From: an uncultured Anaerolineaceae bacterium
GTDB lineage: Bacteria; Chloroflexota; Anaerolineae; Anaerolineales; E44-bin32
Reading direction: 5' to 3'
Length of the DNA: 64,000 bases
Assembly: GCA_964475265.1 (NCBI GenBank)
Contig: CAYYVY010000001.1
Coordinates: 21,390 to 85,389 of the forward strand
Part shown: piece after piece, positions 1 through 9,135 of the stretch
How positions within the stretch are numbered: the stretch's first letter is position 1
Layout: each line of letters opens with the position of its first letter
Notes under the pieces: generated by a model
Told to the model about the DNA's origin: nothing
What the model saw: only the letters and a program-made list of their open reading frames with translations
The model's database searches: none
Translations under genes and position numbers: made by a program

Positions 1-918
1 TGTCTCGAGCGTCTTTAAGTCCTGCTGGGCGGATTCCAAAGCTTCGAACGCCGGCCTGGTTTCTTCTTGTACTTTTCGGGCGTTATCGGCTTCTTGTACG
101 GCTTCGTCGGAGTCGGTGCGCTGTTTGGCCAGCGCCTCCAGGCGGGCTTCGAGTGTGCGCAAGGATCCGGCCGCGTCATCGATGGCCTTGCGGTCCGCCT
201 CCAGGGTGGCCAGGTTCGTCGCCGCGGCGTCCAGGCGCTTGGCGGCTGTTTTTAAGTCTTTTTCCGTTTTACCAGTTTCGCCCTCGAGCTGCTGGATCTC
301 CCGTTTCAAATCCGGCAGGCGCTTCAACTCGCCCTGCAGCCCGGCGATGCGCTGTTCCTGCGCTTGCAGTTCGTCGCGCAGGTATCGTTGAGACTCGAGC
401 AGCCGGTGCCAGACGGTCTCGTAATCGTCGACCTGCAGCAGCGGGTCGAATTTTTTCTTCCGGGCGGCATCGTTTTCCAGGAAAGTGGCCGTCAGTAATC
501 CCTGCGGGACGCCGATCGCGTCCTCAAACAGGGCGGTCAGGTCGGCGCCGGGTTCCAAGCCCATGTGTTTCTTGAGCCAGTCGATCACGTCCTGCTTGCC
601 TTCGGCTGGCTTACGGCCGGTCTCCGCATCGGTGATCGAGAGCGTGCCACCGCCCAGCGGGCGCGTAAGTACGTACTCGCGCTCGTCGAGGGCGCTCACG
701 AAGTGCACCGCCACCTCGCCGTGCTTCTGGCCCAGGCGCAGGAAATCGTCCTGTTTGTAGGGCAGTGAGTCGAAGAGGGCGAAACCGATGGCTTCCAGCA
801 GGGTCGACTTGCCGGCGCCGTTGGGGCCGGAGATGGCGTTCACTCCGCGGGCGAAGTCAATTATGACGGCATCGGCATAGCTCTTGACGTTGTGCAGTTC
901 CAGCCGGGTGATCTGCAT
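1..918 (-). CDS. sbcC: SbcC/Rad50-family DNA repair ATPase, N-terminal part (gene continues beyond window edge)
   Basis: Reverse-strand translation from the ATG at 918 reads MQITRLELHNVKSYADAVIIDFARGVNAISGPNGAGKSTLLEAIGF (Walker A GPNGAGKST). Coiled-coil-like E/Q/L/R-rich sequence follows. It starts 6 nt after the sbcD stop. It is absent from the ORF track because it is open at the window edge. Confidence 0.8.
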   Translation of the reverse strand, partial: MQITRLELHNVKSYADAVIIDFARGVNAISGPNGAGKSTLLEAIGFALFDSLPYKQDDFLRLGQKHGEVAVHFVSALDEREYVLTRPLGGGTLSITDAETGRKPAEGKQDVIDWLKKHMGLEPGADLTALFEDAIGVPQGLLTATFLENDAARKKKFDPLLQVDDYETVWHRLLESQRYLRDELQAQEQRIAGLQGELKRLPDLKREIQQLEGETGKTEKDLKTAAKRLDAAATNLATLEADRKAIDDAAGSLRTLEARLEALAKQRTDSDEAVQEADNARKVQEETRPAFEALESAQQDLKTLET

Positions 919-923
919 GGCGC

Positions 924-2177
924 TCAGCCCTCGTCCGCCGTGCGCTGGCGCAGGGTGTCGACGATCTCGTCCGGCGGGCGGTCCGCCAGGGTCAATTGTT
1001 TGATCTCTTGGATCAGGTCGGCCCAGAATTCGGCGCGCTCGCGGTAGCGGCCGTCGCGCTGAACCAGGTCGAGGATCACCTGCCGTTCAAGCTGCCGGCG
1101 CGAGCGGCCGTCTTCGAGGCCGACCTCGAATTCAGTGGCGCGGGTGTTGTTGCGCAGGCGCGGCAGCAGCGGCTCGACGATCTCTTGCAGCAGCGCTTGC
1201 AGCTGGCCGGCGTCCAGCGCGGCCCGGTCGAAGGCCAGCACGCCTTCCAGGTTGAGCTCGACCACCGGCTGGAGATCTCCACCGGCATGCTTTCGCTTTT
1301 GGTCTTTCAGGAAGCTTTCCAATGACGAAAGCAGCGCCTCGGGTGTGGTGTAAGCATCGACCTCGAAGGTCCAGCGGTAGAACGGGCGGCGGGGGATGGG
1401 CACGTGTTCGACCCGGTGTTTGGGGTCCTGGCCGGTGTCGACGCTGACGATGTAGACCCCGCCCTGCCAGTCGCGTTCGTCCATACCGCAGGTTTCGAGC
1501 GAACCGGGGTTGTAGATCCAGTCCTGACGTTCGAAGGGCTTGTGCAGGTGGCCGAGGGCCAGGTAATCCACGTGCTCGCGCAGCGGTGCGATGGCGTTGT
1601 GCGAGACGCCGCCGGCCATGCCCGGTATTTCGCCCTCCAGGCCGAAGTGGCCCATGAGCAGGGTGTACTCGGCCGGTTCCAACGCTGCCAGCGCGGCGGG
1701 AATTTCTTCCAGGACGGTATCGATAACCGAGCCCAGGTAGGGCAGCCCGCCCAGGCGCACACCTTTAATTTCGATGCGGCCGCCCTGGTTGCCGTCCCAT
1801 AGTGGGAATCGGATGGTTTCACCTTCGAAAGAAGGGCGCAGCAGGATCAGATGGCTGCGCTCGGCCAGATAGTCGAGCCAGGAACGGTGGAAAGGGTCGC
1901 GGTAGCGGGCGCGGTCGTGATTGCCGGTGACGGCCACGACGGGGATCTCGGCTGCTCTCAGCCGGTCCAGGTTACGGACTGCCTGCAGCAGGGTCGGTGG
2001 GTCGATGGCCGATTTGTGGAACAGGTCGCCGCTGAGCACGACGAAATCCACCTGCCGCTCGAGGGCGACGTCGACGGCGGCGTCGAAGGCGCGGGCGAAG
2101 TCGTTGAAGCGCGCTTCGCTGCCGTACTGCTTGTAGCCGAGGTGCACGTCGGCGAGGTGCATGAATGTGGCCTGCAC
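924..2177 (-). CDS. sbcD: SbcD/Mre11-family nuclease (metallophosphoesterase)
   Basis: 417-aa ORF with metallophosphoesterase motifs MHLADVHLG, SGDLFH, GNHD, GHFGLEG and GHLH. It lies directly upstream of sbcC on the same strand. Confidence 0.9.
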   Translation of the reverse strand: MQATFMHLADVHLGYKQYGSEARFNDFARAFDAAVDVALERQVDFVVLSGDLFHKSAIDPPTLLQAVRNLDRLRAAEIPVVAVTGNHDRARYRDPFHRSWLDYLAERSHLILLRPSFEGETIRFPLWDGNQGGRIEIKGVRLGGLPYLGSVIDTVLEEIPAALAALEPAEYTLLMGHFGLEGEIPGMAGGVSHNAIAPLREHVDYLALGHLHKPFERQDWIYNPGSLETCGMDERDWQGGVYIVSVDTGQDPKHRVEHVPIPRRPFYRWTFEVDAYTTPEALLSSLESFLKDQKRKHAGGDLQPVVELNLEGVLAFDRAALDAGQLQALLQEIVEPLLPRLRNNTRATEFEVGLEDGRSRRQLERQVILDLVQRDGRYRERAEFWADLIQEIKQLTLADRPPDEIVDTLRQRTADEG

Positions 2178-2267
2178 GGTACGCCCTTTCCGGGGAGTTT
2201 GAGATCAAGTGTATTCTAAATGGAATCGGGGTGGATGGCGAAGATTGTTCGTGAAAATGCTGTTGTT

Positions 2268-2358
2268 CCCTCTCCCCTATCTAATCATCCTGAGCGGAAC
2301 GAGCTGCGCAGCAGTGAGTGAAGTCGAAGGATGCTTGTCTTTTTCGCAGGGGAGGGCG
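2268..2358. repeat. nested imperfect hairpin element in the divergent sbcD / cysteine desulfurase spacer
   Basis: CCCTCTCCCCT (2268-2278) is complementary at 9 of 11 positions to AGGGGAGGGCG (2348-2358). This outer pair encloses CATCCT (2286-2291) / AGGATG (2328-2333). Confidence 0.3.
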
Positions 2359-2440
2359 CTGAGAATAATAAGTTCGTCGTGTTGCTATTGATTTCGAAAT
2401 CCTTATTGTGGTGATGAGGGTGTTTTTTATTTTTATTCTT

Positions 2441-2490
2441 CCCCCCTATCATCCCCCCAAAGGGGGGATGTGGGGCTTCCCCCACACCCC
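2441..2490. repeat. poly-C/poly-G twin hairpins
   Basis: CATCCCCCC (2450-2458) - AAA - GGGGGGATG (2462-2470) is a perfect 9-bp stem. It abuts TGTGGGG (2469-2475) - CTTC - CCCCACA (2480-2486). A T-rich run lies at 2423-2438. Confidence 0.35.
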
Positions 2491-2724
2491 AGGCAAAGCG
2501 GCCAGAGAGCTTGATCGCAAACACGAGGTGGGTATGGGCCGCTGGATGATGTGGTCATCTCGACAAGGAGCTTGACTCAGCCATTCGACCTTTTCATCTT
2601 GCCTGGTTGGTGTAGAAAGGGGCTCCTTCGACTGCGGGCTTTGCCCTCCGCTCAGGATGAATGGTGGGTGACGCTGTGGAATCTGATACTATGGATACAG
2701 ATACTATCTTGGGGTTTATTTTCA

Positions 2725-3876
2725 ATGGCCGAAATGCCGATCTACCTCGATTACAACGCCACCACGCCCATCGACCCGCGCGTGGCGCAGGCGATGGAGC
2801 CATATCTCTACGGGCATTTCGGCAATCCCTCCAGCGCGCACCCGTACGGAGGCGAAGCGCGCCAGGCGGTCGAGAAGGCGCGCCGCCAGGTGGCCGATCT
2901 GCTCGGCTGCAAACCCGGCGAGATCGTCTTCACCAGCGGCGGCACGGAGTCCAACAACACGGCCATCCGCGGCGCGGCGGCTGTACTGCGCCGTCGAGGA
3001 AAACACATTATCACCTCGGCCGTCGAACATCCGGCGGTGCTCGAGCCCTGCCGTTATGTAGAACGCCAGGGATTCCGTCTTACGGTGCTTCCCGTGGATG
3101 AATTCGGCCGGGTCGATCCCGCCCACGTCGCCGCGGCAATCACGGACGAGACGATCCTGATCTCGATCATGCACGCCAACAACGAGGTGGGTACGCTTCA
3201 ACCCATCGAGGAGATTGCGGAATTGGCCCGGGAACGAGGCGTCTTGTTCCACACCGACGCGGCGCAGTCGCTGGGCAAGATCCCCGTGCGGGTCGACGAA
3301 CTGGGGGTCGATTTGCTCAGCGTGGCCGGCCACAAGTTCTACGCACCGAAGGGCGTCGGCGCGTTATTCATCCGTTCCGGTGTGGCGCTGGAGAAATGGA
3401 TGCACGGCGCCGATCACGAGGCGGGACGCCGCCCCGGCACCGAGAACGTGCTCGAGATCGTCGGACTGGGACAGGCAGCCGAGATTGTCGCCGCCGATTT
3501 GGCGAAAAATGCAGCGCATATGCTCGCTCTGCGCGAGCGGCTGTGGTGTGGTTTGCAGGAAGGTCTGGACGAACCCGATTCCGTTCGTCTCAATGGGCAT
3601 CCCGATTTACGCCTGCCGAACACATTGAGCGTGGGCTTTCGCGGCGTGGAAGCCAACACCTTGCTGGCAACAATCGCCGATCGGGTTGCGGCTTCCGCCG
3701 GAGCGGCCTGCCACGCCACGGGGGTGGATGTCTCCACTGTGCTGCAAGCGATGGGCGTGCCGCTGGAGTGCGCCATGGGGACGGTGCGGTTTTCCGTGGG
3801 AAAGATGAGCACCGCCGCGGAGGTCGATAGGGCGGTGCAGGTCGTGATTGAGACGGTACGTGCGTCGGTGGGATAA
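2725..3876 (+). CDS. cysteine desulfurase, NifS/IscS-like (class V aminotransferase fold)
   Basis: From the ATG at 2725: MAEMPIYLDYNATTPIDPRV, FTSGGTESNN, PLP-lysine context SVAGHKFYAPKGVGALF, and active-site Cys loop ASAGAACHA. The ORF-track start at 2551 adds a W/L-rich extension with no family resemblance. Confidence 0.85.
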   Translation: MAEMPIYLDYNATTPIDPRVAQAMEPYLYGHFGNPSSAHPYGGEARQAVEKARRQVADLLGCKPGEIVFTSGGTESNNTAIRGAAAVLRRRGKHIITSAVEHPAVLEPCRYVERQGFRLTVLPVDEFGRVDPAHVAAAITDETILISIMHANNEVGTLQPIEEIAELARERGVLFHTDAAQSLGKIPVRVDELGVDLLSVAGHKFYAPKGVGALFIRSGVALEKWMHGADHEAGRRPGTENVLEIVGLGQAAEIVAADLAKNAAHMLALRERLWCGLQEGLDEPDSVRLNGHPDLRLPNTLSVGFRGVEANTLLATIADRVAASAGAACHATGVDVSTVLQAMGVPLECAMGTVRFSVGKMSTAAEVDRAVQVVIETVRASVG

Positions 3877-3887
3877 CGAGTTTTGTT

Positions 3888-4130
3888 TTAGAAGAGGCCC
3901 CGCAGCAGCAGCAATACCCCGAGGATAATGAGCGGCACGCCTAAGATGGCCCCAATAACGGTCATGCTGAGGGGCACTCCAATAAGGATCATCACGATCC
4001 CCAGCACGATGGCCAGCAAACGTCCGGTTAATCCCAATATCCAACCCACCAGGCGCCACACGGCCACGAACGGCCACATGAACCAGGGATGTTTGCGATC
4101 TGTTTCGTTCACGGCACTTTCCTCCTGCAT
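3888..4130 (-). CDS. small integral membrane protein (two predicted TM helices), unknown function
   Basis: The ATG at 4130 is preceded by GGAG with 6-nt spacing. The product MQEESAVNETDRKHPWFMWPFVAVWRLVGWILGL...ILGVLLLLRGLF is strongly hydrophobic. Confidence 0.5.
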   Translation of the reverse strand: MQEESAVNETDRKHPWFMWPFVAVWRLVGWILGLTGRLLAIVLGIVMILIGVPLSMTVIGAILGVPLIILGVLLLLRGLF

Positions 4131-4363
4131 GTCTAGCTCCCGATATATTCCATTGTACCCATCTCGGTTCCCCGATGCCAACCGCGGCCTGACCCTCGCC
4201 TGACACTCCCTCGGGAACCGATTCCAGCCACTTCTCGTCTTCCTATATAAAGTACGACGGAGCGGCGAGATTTGTCGCGCTCGAAAACCCTCGCTCTGGC
4301 ACGAGAATTGCAGCCTACAGGGCGGTGAATCCCGTGCAAGCGGCACGGAGGGAGGTTGACAGG

Positions 4364-4540
4364 ATGAATTCAGAAGTATTGCAGATCCGAGGTATGTCGC
4401 GCTACGGTTTAAAGGCACGCTTGAAGACCAAGCGCGCACAGAGTCGCTGGCATTTCGGACCCAAATCCGATTTGGAGAAGGAGCCTGTGGAACGCATGGT
4501 ACGGCGCATCCGTGAAACGGGACCGCTGTGCGAACGCTAG
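4364..4540 (+). CDS. hypothetical small basic protein (58 aa)
   Basis: The ATG at 4364 is preceded by GGAGGGAGG (4347-4355). The product is K/R-rich: MNSEVLQIRGMSRYGLKARLKTKRAQSRWHFG... I recognise no family. Confidence 0.3.
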   Translation: MNSEVLQIRGMSRYGLKARLKTKRAQSRWHFGPKSDLEKEPVERMVRRIRETGPLCER

Positions 4541-4564
4541 ATTTTACACGATCCGGAGCACTGC

Positions 4565-5743
4565 TTAACGATCTTTAAGCGGCCTCATGAAACCCCCAGC
4601 GGTACGCTGCGGAAGCGGGGTCATCGAGGCGCAGAATCGAAGTTCAATATCGTCTCCAGCGATGAAGGCGCCCGTGCGAGCTGCATGGGCGCTGACCTTT
4701 TCATGTGCGCTGGAGGGCATCTTCTCGAAGAGAAACAACTTCATTTGGGATGGATTACCCTGCTCGAAATCCCACACTCCGATGATTTTCCCGTCGAGCA
4801 AGATCGTGGCGGTGGCGTTGCCCGATCGATCGAAGACGTATTGGGTGTAACGTGGGTCGAGGTAGCGCTGGCGCGCTTGATATCCCATCAGATACGAATC
4901 CAGCATGGGGAGGAAATTGACGATCTCTTTCGAACCTGCCCCGGGTCGTTCGAGTTGTCCACGCCGCTCTCGGAGGATGATGTGAGTACCTTCCAGTCCG
5001 TCGATCTCGATCGCTTCGGTTTCACCCTTTAGGGAGTCGAGGGCGCGCCGGACTTTGGCCCTGGGAAGTCCGAACCACCAGTAAATATCTTCTTCGAGAA
5101 GCGGACCGAAGCCGGCCAGGTACTGCCGGACGAGTTCGGCCAGAGCCTTTTCTTCTGAGATCGAGTGTAGATCGACGTCCGGATAATACTTGTCGAACCG
5201 TCCGTAGCGAAAACTACGGTCGCGCCAGCTGCGAAGGGGTCTACGGCGCAGCAATAGGCCCAGGTCACACATGTGGTAGAGCAGCGCTGAAAGGTCGAGA
5301 TCCGTATCCAGGGCACGGCGCATCTCGGCGGCGGACCGATCTTCATCGTCCAACAGCCCGAGTACGGTTTGTGAAAGTCGCTTGAATGTTGTTTCGTCGA
5401 TGCCGCGCCGCAGCATGTAATTGCGGGAAGCGTCCCGGGTCAGGGATGCCGTGGCGGCGTACACCGTCGGCAGGTTCGAGCGTGCATGCACGTAGATCGT
5501 GGTGCGAACGCAGCGCACTTTGGCGAAGCTCGACCGGTCGTACAGCGCCTCGTCCAGCTGGTCTTTCTCGAAACCCGCGCTGCGGGCGAAAAGCGACAGG
5601 TAGGGCGTGGTCGCAACCGTGGCGTGCAACCCGACTACATCCTGGACGATTCGTTCGACGCTTTCCGATTTGGCGTGGGGCACTAGATGCTGCTTTTCGA
5701 GCAGGAAACGGTTCACGCGTTGAAGCGTCGCTATCGATGTCAT
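4565..5743 (-). CDS. winged-helix HTH_42 family protein (AlkZ/YcaQ-like putative DNA glycosylase)
   Basis: About 392 aa from MTSIATLQRVNRFLLEKQHL... Length and N-terminal pattern (LLxxQHL ... VVGLHATVATTPYLSLFARS ... FAKVRCVRTTIYV) resemble the YcaQ/AlkZ family. The ATG at 5743 overlaps the stop of the upstream permease as ATGA. Confidence 0.6.
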   Translation of the reverse strand: MTSIATLQRVNRFLLEKQHLVPHAKSESVERIVQDVVGLHATVATTPYLSLFARSAGFEKDQLDEALYDRSSFAKVRCVRTTIYVHARSNLPTVYAATASLTRDASRNYMLRRGIDETTFKRLSQTVLGLLDDEDRSAAEMRRALDTDLDLSALLYHMCDLGLLLRRRPLRSWRDRSFRYGRFDKYYPDVDLHSISEEKALAELVRQYLAGFGPLLEEDIYWWFGLPRAKVRRALDSLKGETEAIEIDGLEGTHIILRERRGQLERPGAGSKEIVNFLPMLDSYLMGYQARQRYLDPRYTQYVFDRSGNATATILLDGKIIGVWDFEQGNPSQMKLFLFEKMPSSAHEKVSAHAARTGAFIAGDDIELRFCASMTPLPQRTAGGFMRPLKDR

Positions 5744-6813
5744 CGATCCATCCGGGTGATCTTCCATACGACCAGCGCGAGCAGCAGTACAGCGCTTCCC
5801 AGAACGACCGCCAATGAAGTCGCGATCTGGCCCATCGTGGCGCCCGTCGAAAAAGCATATCGGAACACGAGCGAAAGCGCTACCGTCGGGAACCAGCCAA
5901 GCAGGTCCCGCACGACCTGGGGAAAGATGGGATCGATAGCAGAGAGGAAGAGGGAGATCAGTAAGGGCTGCGCCAGGATCATCATCCAGGTGTTCAACTG
6001 CTGCCTGTTTTCGAAGAGCACACCGAGCAGCAAGCCCAGTGCCACACCCAGCAGCGCGCCGCCGAGTAAGCCGAATAAGGCGATGCCCCAGTGGACGACA
6101 AAGGTCCAGTTGAATGCCAGCGCCGCGGAGGCAGTGACCAGTACGAAAACCAGACCGGCCAACGCTTTGCCGGCGACGACCTGGGGCACGCTGGCGGGCG
6201 AAACCAGCAATGAGTCCATGGTTTGGGTTTGTTTCTCTTCCATCATCAAATGCGGTGTGGTGAACAACCCGACGTAGAAGAGGGCATAAACGACGATCAA
6301 GGCGGTGAGGCGGAAATCGCCCATTGCGTCCGGCTCATAGTCGACGAGTTCATCGATTTCGATGCGCACAGGAATTCCGCTGAGCGACTCCAGCCGGCCT
6401 TCCACCTTCGCTTTCAAGGCGTCTGCGGAATTGCGCCGGCTCCAGAGCAGGAAGCCGCGCAAAACAGGCACGTTTCCAGACGTTGCAGCTTGATCGTAAT
6501 CTGCTGGGATGACCAGCCCGAGTGCTCCCTGGTCTCCGTCGTTCAACAGTTCGATTAACTCGGCCCGGGATGCGGCTTTGAAAAGACGGATATCTGGCTT
6601 ATCGGTTAACGATGCGATCAGGCTGGAATCGCCGGCATCGTAATAGGTCAGGTCCAGGCGATTCGGTTTCCACAGCCGGGGCGCGAATTTGATGAGCAGC
6701 AGCAGAAGAACGAGCACGCTCAGGTTGATCAGAATCACCCTGTTCTTGAGTGCGTCTGTGATGTCCTTGGCGGCGATGGCTACGATCGTGCGCAGGTCTT
6801 GTCGGTTCGTCAT
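5740..6813 (-). CDS. ABC-2 type transporter permease, paralog 4 (NatB-like)
   Basis: 357 aa with N-terminal AAKDITDALKNR, one TM helix, a loop of about 150 aa, the motif MMEEKQTQTMDSLLVSPAS, then five hydrophobic helices. Confidence 0.8.
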   Translation of the reverse strand: MTNRQDLRTIVAIAAKDITDALKNRVILINLSVLVLLLLLIKFAPRLWKPNRLDLTYYDAGDSSLIASLTDKPDIRLFKAASRAELIELLNDGDQGALGLVIPADYDQAATSGNVPVLRGFLLWSRRNSADALKAKVEGRLESLSGIPVRIEIDELVDYEPDAMGDFRLTALIVVYALFYVGLFTTPHLMMEEKQTQTMDSLLVSPASVPQVVAGKALAGLVFVLVTASAALAFNWTFVVHWGIALFGLLGGALLGVALGLLLGVLFENRQQLNTWMMILAQPLLISLFLSAIDPIFPQVVRDLLGWFPTVALSLVFRYAFSTGATMGQIATSLAVVLGSAVLLLALVVWKITRMDR

Positions 6814-6871
6814 GGGTTGATTCCTTTCTATATCACAGTACAGTGCTGATGAAATTTCTCCGTTCGAATAA

Positions 6872-7966
6872 TCATCGATCCATCCTGCGCACGCGCGCAG
6901 TTACCAGCAGCAGGAGCAACAGCGACGTGCCGACCAGGATGCTAAAGTTGGACACTAGACTTCCCAGATCGAGCGTCTTGGAGAACGACCCGCTGAAGAG
7001 TTCGACCATGGCGACAGAGGGCAGAAACGGTAGAATGGTTTGTACAAAGGGCGGATAATTGGCGACCGAGGTCGCAGCCAGGATGACGGGCACCATCAAC
7101 AGCATTAAAGCCAATCCCATGACCATGTTCATGTTGACCTGCTGCTCGAACAGCACACCGAACAGCAGCCCCAATGAAACGGTGAACAAGGCGGACGCCA
7201 GTACTGCCAGCAATGCGAGCCAGGCATTGGCCAGCAAGCTGGCATTCAGCGTGTACACGACAGCCACGGCGATGAAACAGTAGAACAGTCCGGACAAGGC
7301 TTTCCCGACGACGATCTGCCCGTAGCTGGCGGGCGAGACCAGCAGCGCTTCCATGGTATGGTGCTCCTTCTCTTCGATCATCAGCAGCGGAACGAGCGCC
7401 ATGCCGATGGTCAGTATTGCCACGACCAGCGATATACTGACCATGAAGGGATGTCCCCCCGACTGCAGCGTGGGGTAGACTACATTGTCATTCCAGATCA
7501 GGCTGATCTCCTGATCGAGGATTTCACTGAGCCGCAGCTCAAAAAAGGCGACCGTTTCGTTAACTGAGGCGCCACGCGTCGCGTAGGCGTAAAAAGCCTG
7601 CAATTCGAGCGGTGCTTCCAACTTTTCTGGAAAATCCTGCGGCAGCACCAGACCGATCGAGCCGCTGGTGGTTGCAGCGACCTGTTCTCGCATGGCTTCC
7701 TCGGAGGGCATGGTGATCAGTTGGAAACCGTCCCCTTGCCGGTGTTCTTGCACGAAGGTGGATTGCGACTCGTCGAACACGTACGCCCGCCGCTCGGGTC
7801 GTAGTTTCAGCATCAGGGGCATCAATTGGCCGGAAAGTACGATCATGCCCACGCCCAGGATGATCGAGATGCTCAAGCGATTTTTAATGGCGTCGGAGAT
7901 GTCTTTGCTCGCCACTGCCAGCACGATGTGCATCCATTCCGTTCGTACATTGCCTTTCTTCCGCAT
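6872..7966 (-). CDS. ABC-2 type transporter permease, paralog 3
   Basis: 364 aa with ASKDISDAIKNR and MIEEKEHHTMEALLVSPAS. Topology matches its neighbours. Confidence 0.8.
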   Translation of the reverse strand: MRKKGNVRTEWMHIVLAVASKDISDAIKNRLSISIILGVGMIVLSGQLMPLMLKLRPERRAYVFDESQSTFVQEHRQGDGFQLITMPSEEAMREQVAATTSGSIGLVLPQDFPEKLEAPLELQAFYAYATRGASVNETVAFFELRLSEILDQEISLIWNDNVVYPTLQSGGHPFMVSISLVVAILTIGMALVPLLMIEEKEHHTMEALLVSPASYGQIVVGKALSGLFYCFIAVAVVYTLNASLLANAWLALLAVLASALFTVSLGLLFGVLFEQQVNMNMVMGLALMLLMVPVILAATSVANYPPFVQTILPFLPSVAMVELFSGSFSKTLDLGSLVSNFSILVGTSLLLLLLVTARVRRMDR

Positions 7967-8034
7967 AAAAGCCTTCCTTTATATCGAGAGGTATCATTTG
8001 GGATCTCTGGAATATCCGTTTATCAATTTACCTT

Positions 8035-9135
8035 TTATTGCTCCATGCGCCGCAGCAGCCAGCGATCCAACAGGAAGAAAACCAGGCCCCAGACGACCAT
8101 GATGAATATGGACTGCAGATAGGAGTCCAAATCTACGCTGGCGGTGAGTGACTGTGCCGCGGCGTTGCCCATGGCAACCGTTGGAATCCAACGCATGGCG
8201 GCGCGCAGCCCTGCGGAGACCGGCTCAAAGATTCCCAGTATCATACTGATGATCAGCGGCTGGAAGATGATGAAGGTCCATAAATTAATCTGGCGCACGT
8301 CATTCAGTCGGATACCCAGGAGCAGCCCAATAGAGACGATGAAGAACGCCGCGCATATTATCGTTCCGATCATGGCCCACCAATGCAGCACAAAGCTGCC
8401 GTAGGCGATTAATACCGCGCTGCTCATCAGGATGCAGTACACTGCCCCGACCAGTACTTTGGCGGTCAGCAGCTCCGCCATTGTGATCGGGGAAACCCGC
8501 AGGGCATCGATCGTGCGGTTGGTTTTCTCTTCGACGATGAGCTGTGGGGTGACTGTCATGCCCATTAGCCCCATCACGATCAGAAGTCCGAAGGCGATGG
8601 AAAAGGCAAAGCTGCTTTCTGGCCGGGTAAGGATTTGACGATCGAGGTGGAGTTCGACGTGCGCACCGGACAGTGAAGCGATCTCGGCTTCGATTCGCGT
8701 CTGCATGGCGGCCTCGTCTTCGTCACTTACCCAGTGATCGATCAACGCCTGCACCTCGATCGGCTCGCCGCTTTGGGCACGCTGATCGAAGTCCGCCGGT
8801 AGGATCAGGCCCATTGCGATCCTATCTTCGATGCCAACCTGGTAGCGTAAGTCTTCGTAGGATTCGGCGATGCGCAATTTGATAGCTTCACTGCGGCTGA
8901 GGTCTTGAACCAATGCTGACTCATCGGCGTCATATACCACCAGAAGAGCTGGAGAATTGGCGTTGCCGATGACGGGTAAGAAGCGGTACAACGCGACCAG
9001 GAAGGCGATCGTGAGCACGTGATTAATCATCTGACGGCGTTTCAGCCCGTCGACGAAGTCTTTGCTGGCGATAGTCCAGATCAGGCGCAGCCTCGAGACA
9101 CGGGTTGTCGTCGAAGATTCCTTTATGTTATCCAT
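8035..9135 (-). CDS. ABC-2 type transporter permease, paralog 2
   Basis: 366 aa with ASKDFVDGLKRR and IVEEKTNRTIDALRVSPIT. It overlaps paralog 1 by 8 nt. Confidence 0.8.
   Translation of the reverse strand: MDNIKESSTTTRVSRLRLIWTIASKDFVDGLKRRQMINHVLTIAFLVALYRFLPVIGNANSPALLVVYDADESALVQDLSRSEAIKLRIAESYEDLRYQVGIEDRIAMGLILPADFDQRAQSGEPIEVQALIDHWVSDEDEAAMQTRIEAEIASLSGAHVELHLDRQILTRPESSFAFSIAFGLLIVMGLMGMTVTPQLIVEEKTNRTIDALRVSPITMAELLTAKVLVGAVYCILMSSAVLIAYGSFVLHWWAMIGTIICAAFFIVSIGLLLGIRLNDVRQINLWTFIIFQPLIISMILGIFEPVSAGLRAAMRWIPTVAMGNAAAQSLTASVDLDSYLQSIFIMVVWGLVFFLLDRWLLRRMEQ

Noticed and set aside
67-768. Several plus-strand ORFs (62-140 aa) at the window start
   Set aside because: They lie antisense to the sbcC N-terminal coding region, whose Walker A motif and coupling to sbcD identify the real frame.
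2551-2724. N-terminal extension of the cysteine desulfurase ORF, with similar extensions at 43854-44258 (rpiB), 40476-40712 (B3/4) and 54064-54213 (heparinase-like)
   Set aside because: The extensions have no family resemblance and overlap neighbouring genes or promoters. Internal ATGs with good RBS or start/stop coupling give family-typical N-termini.
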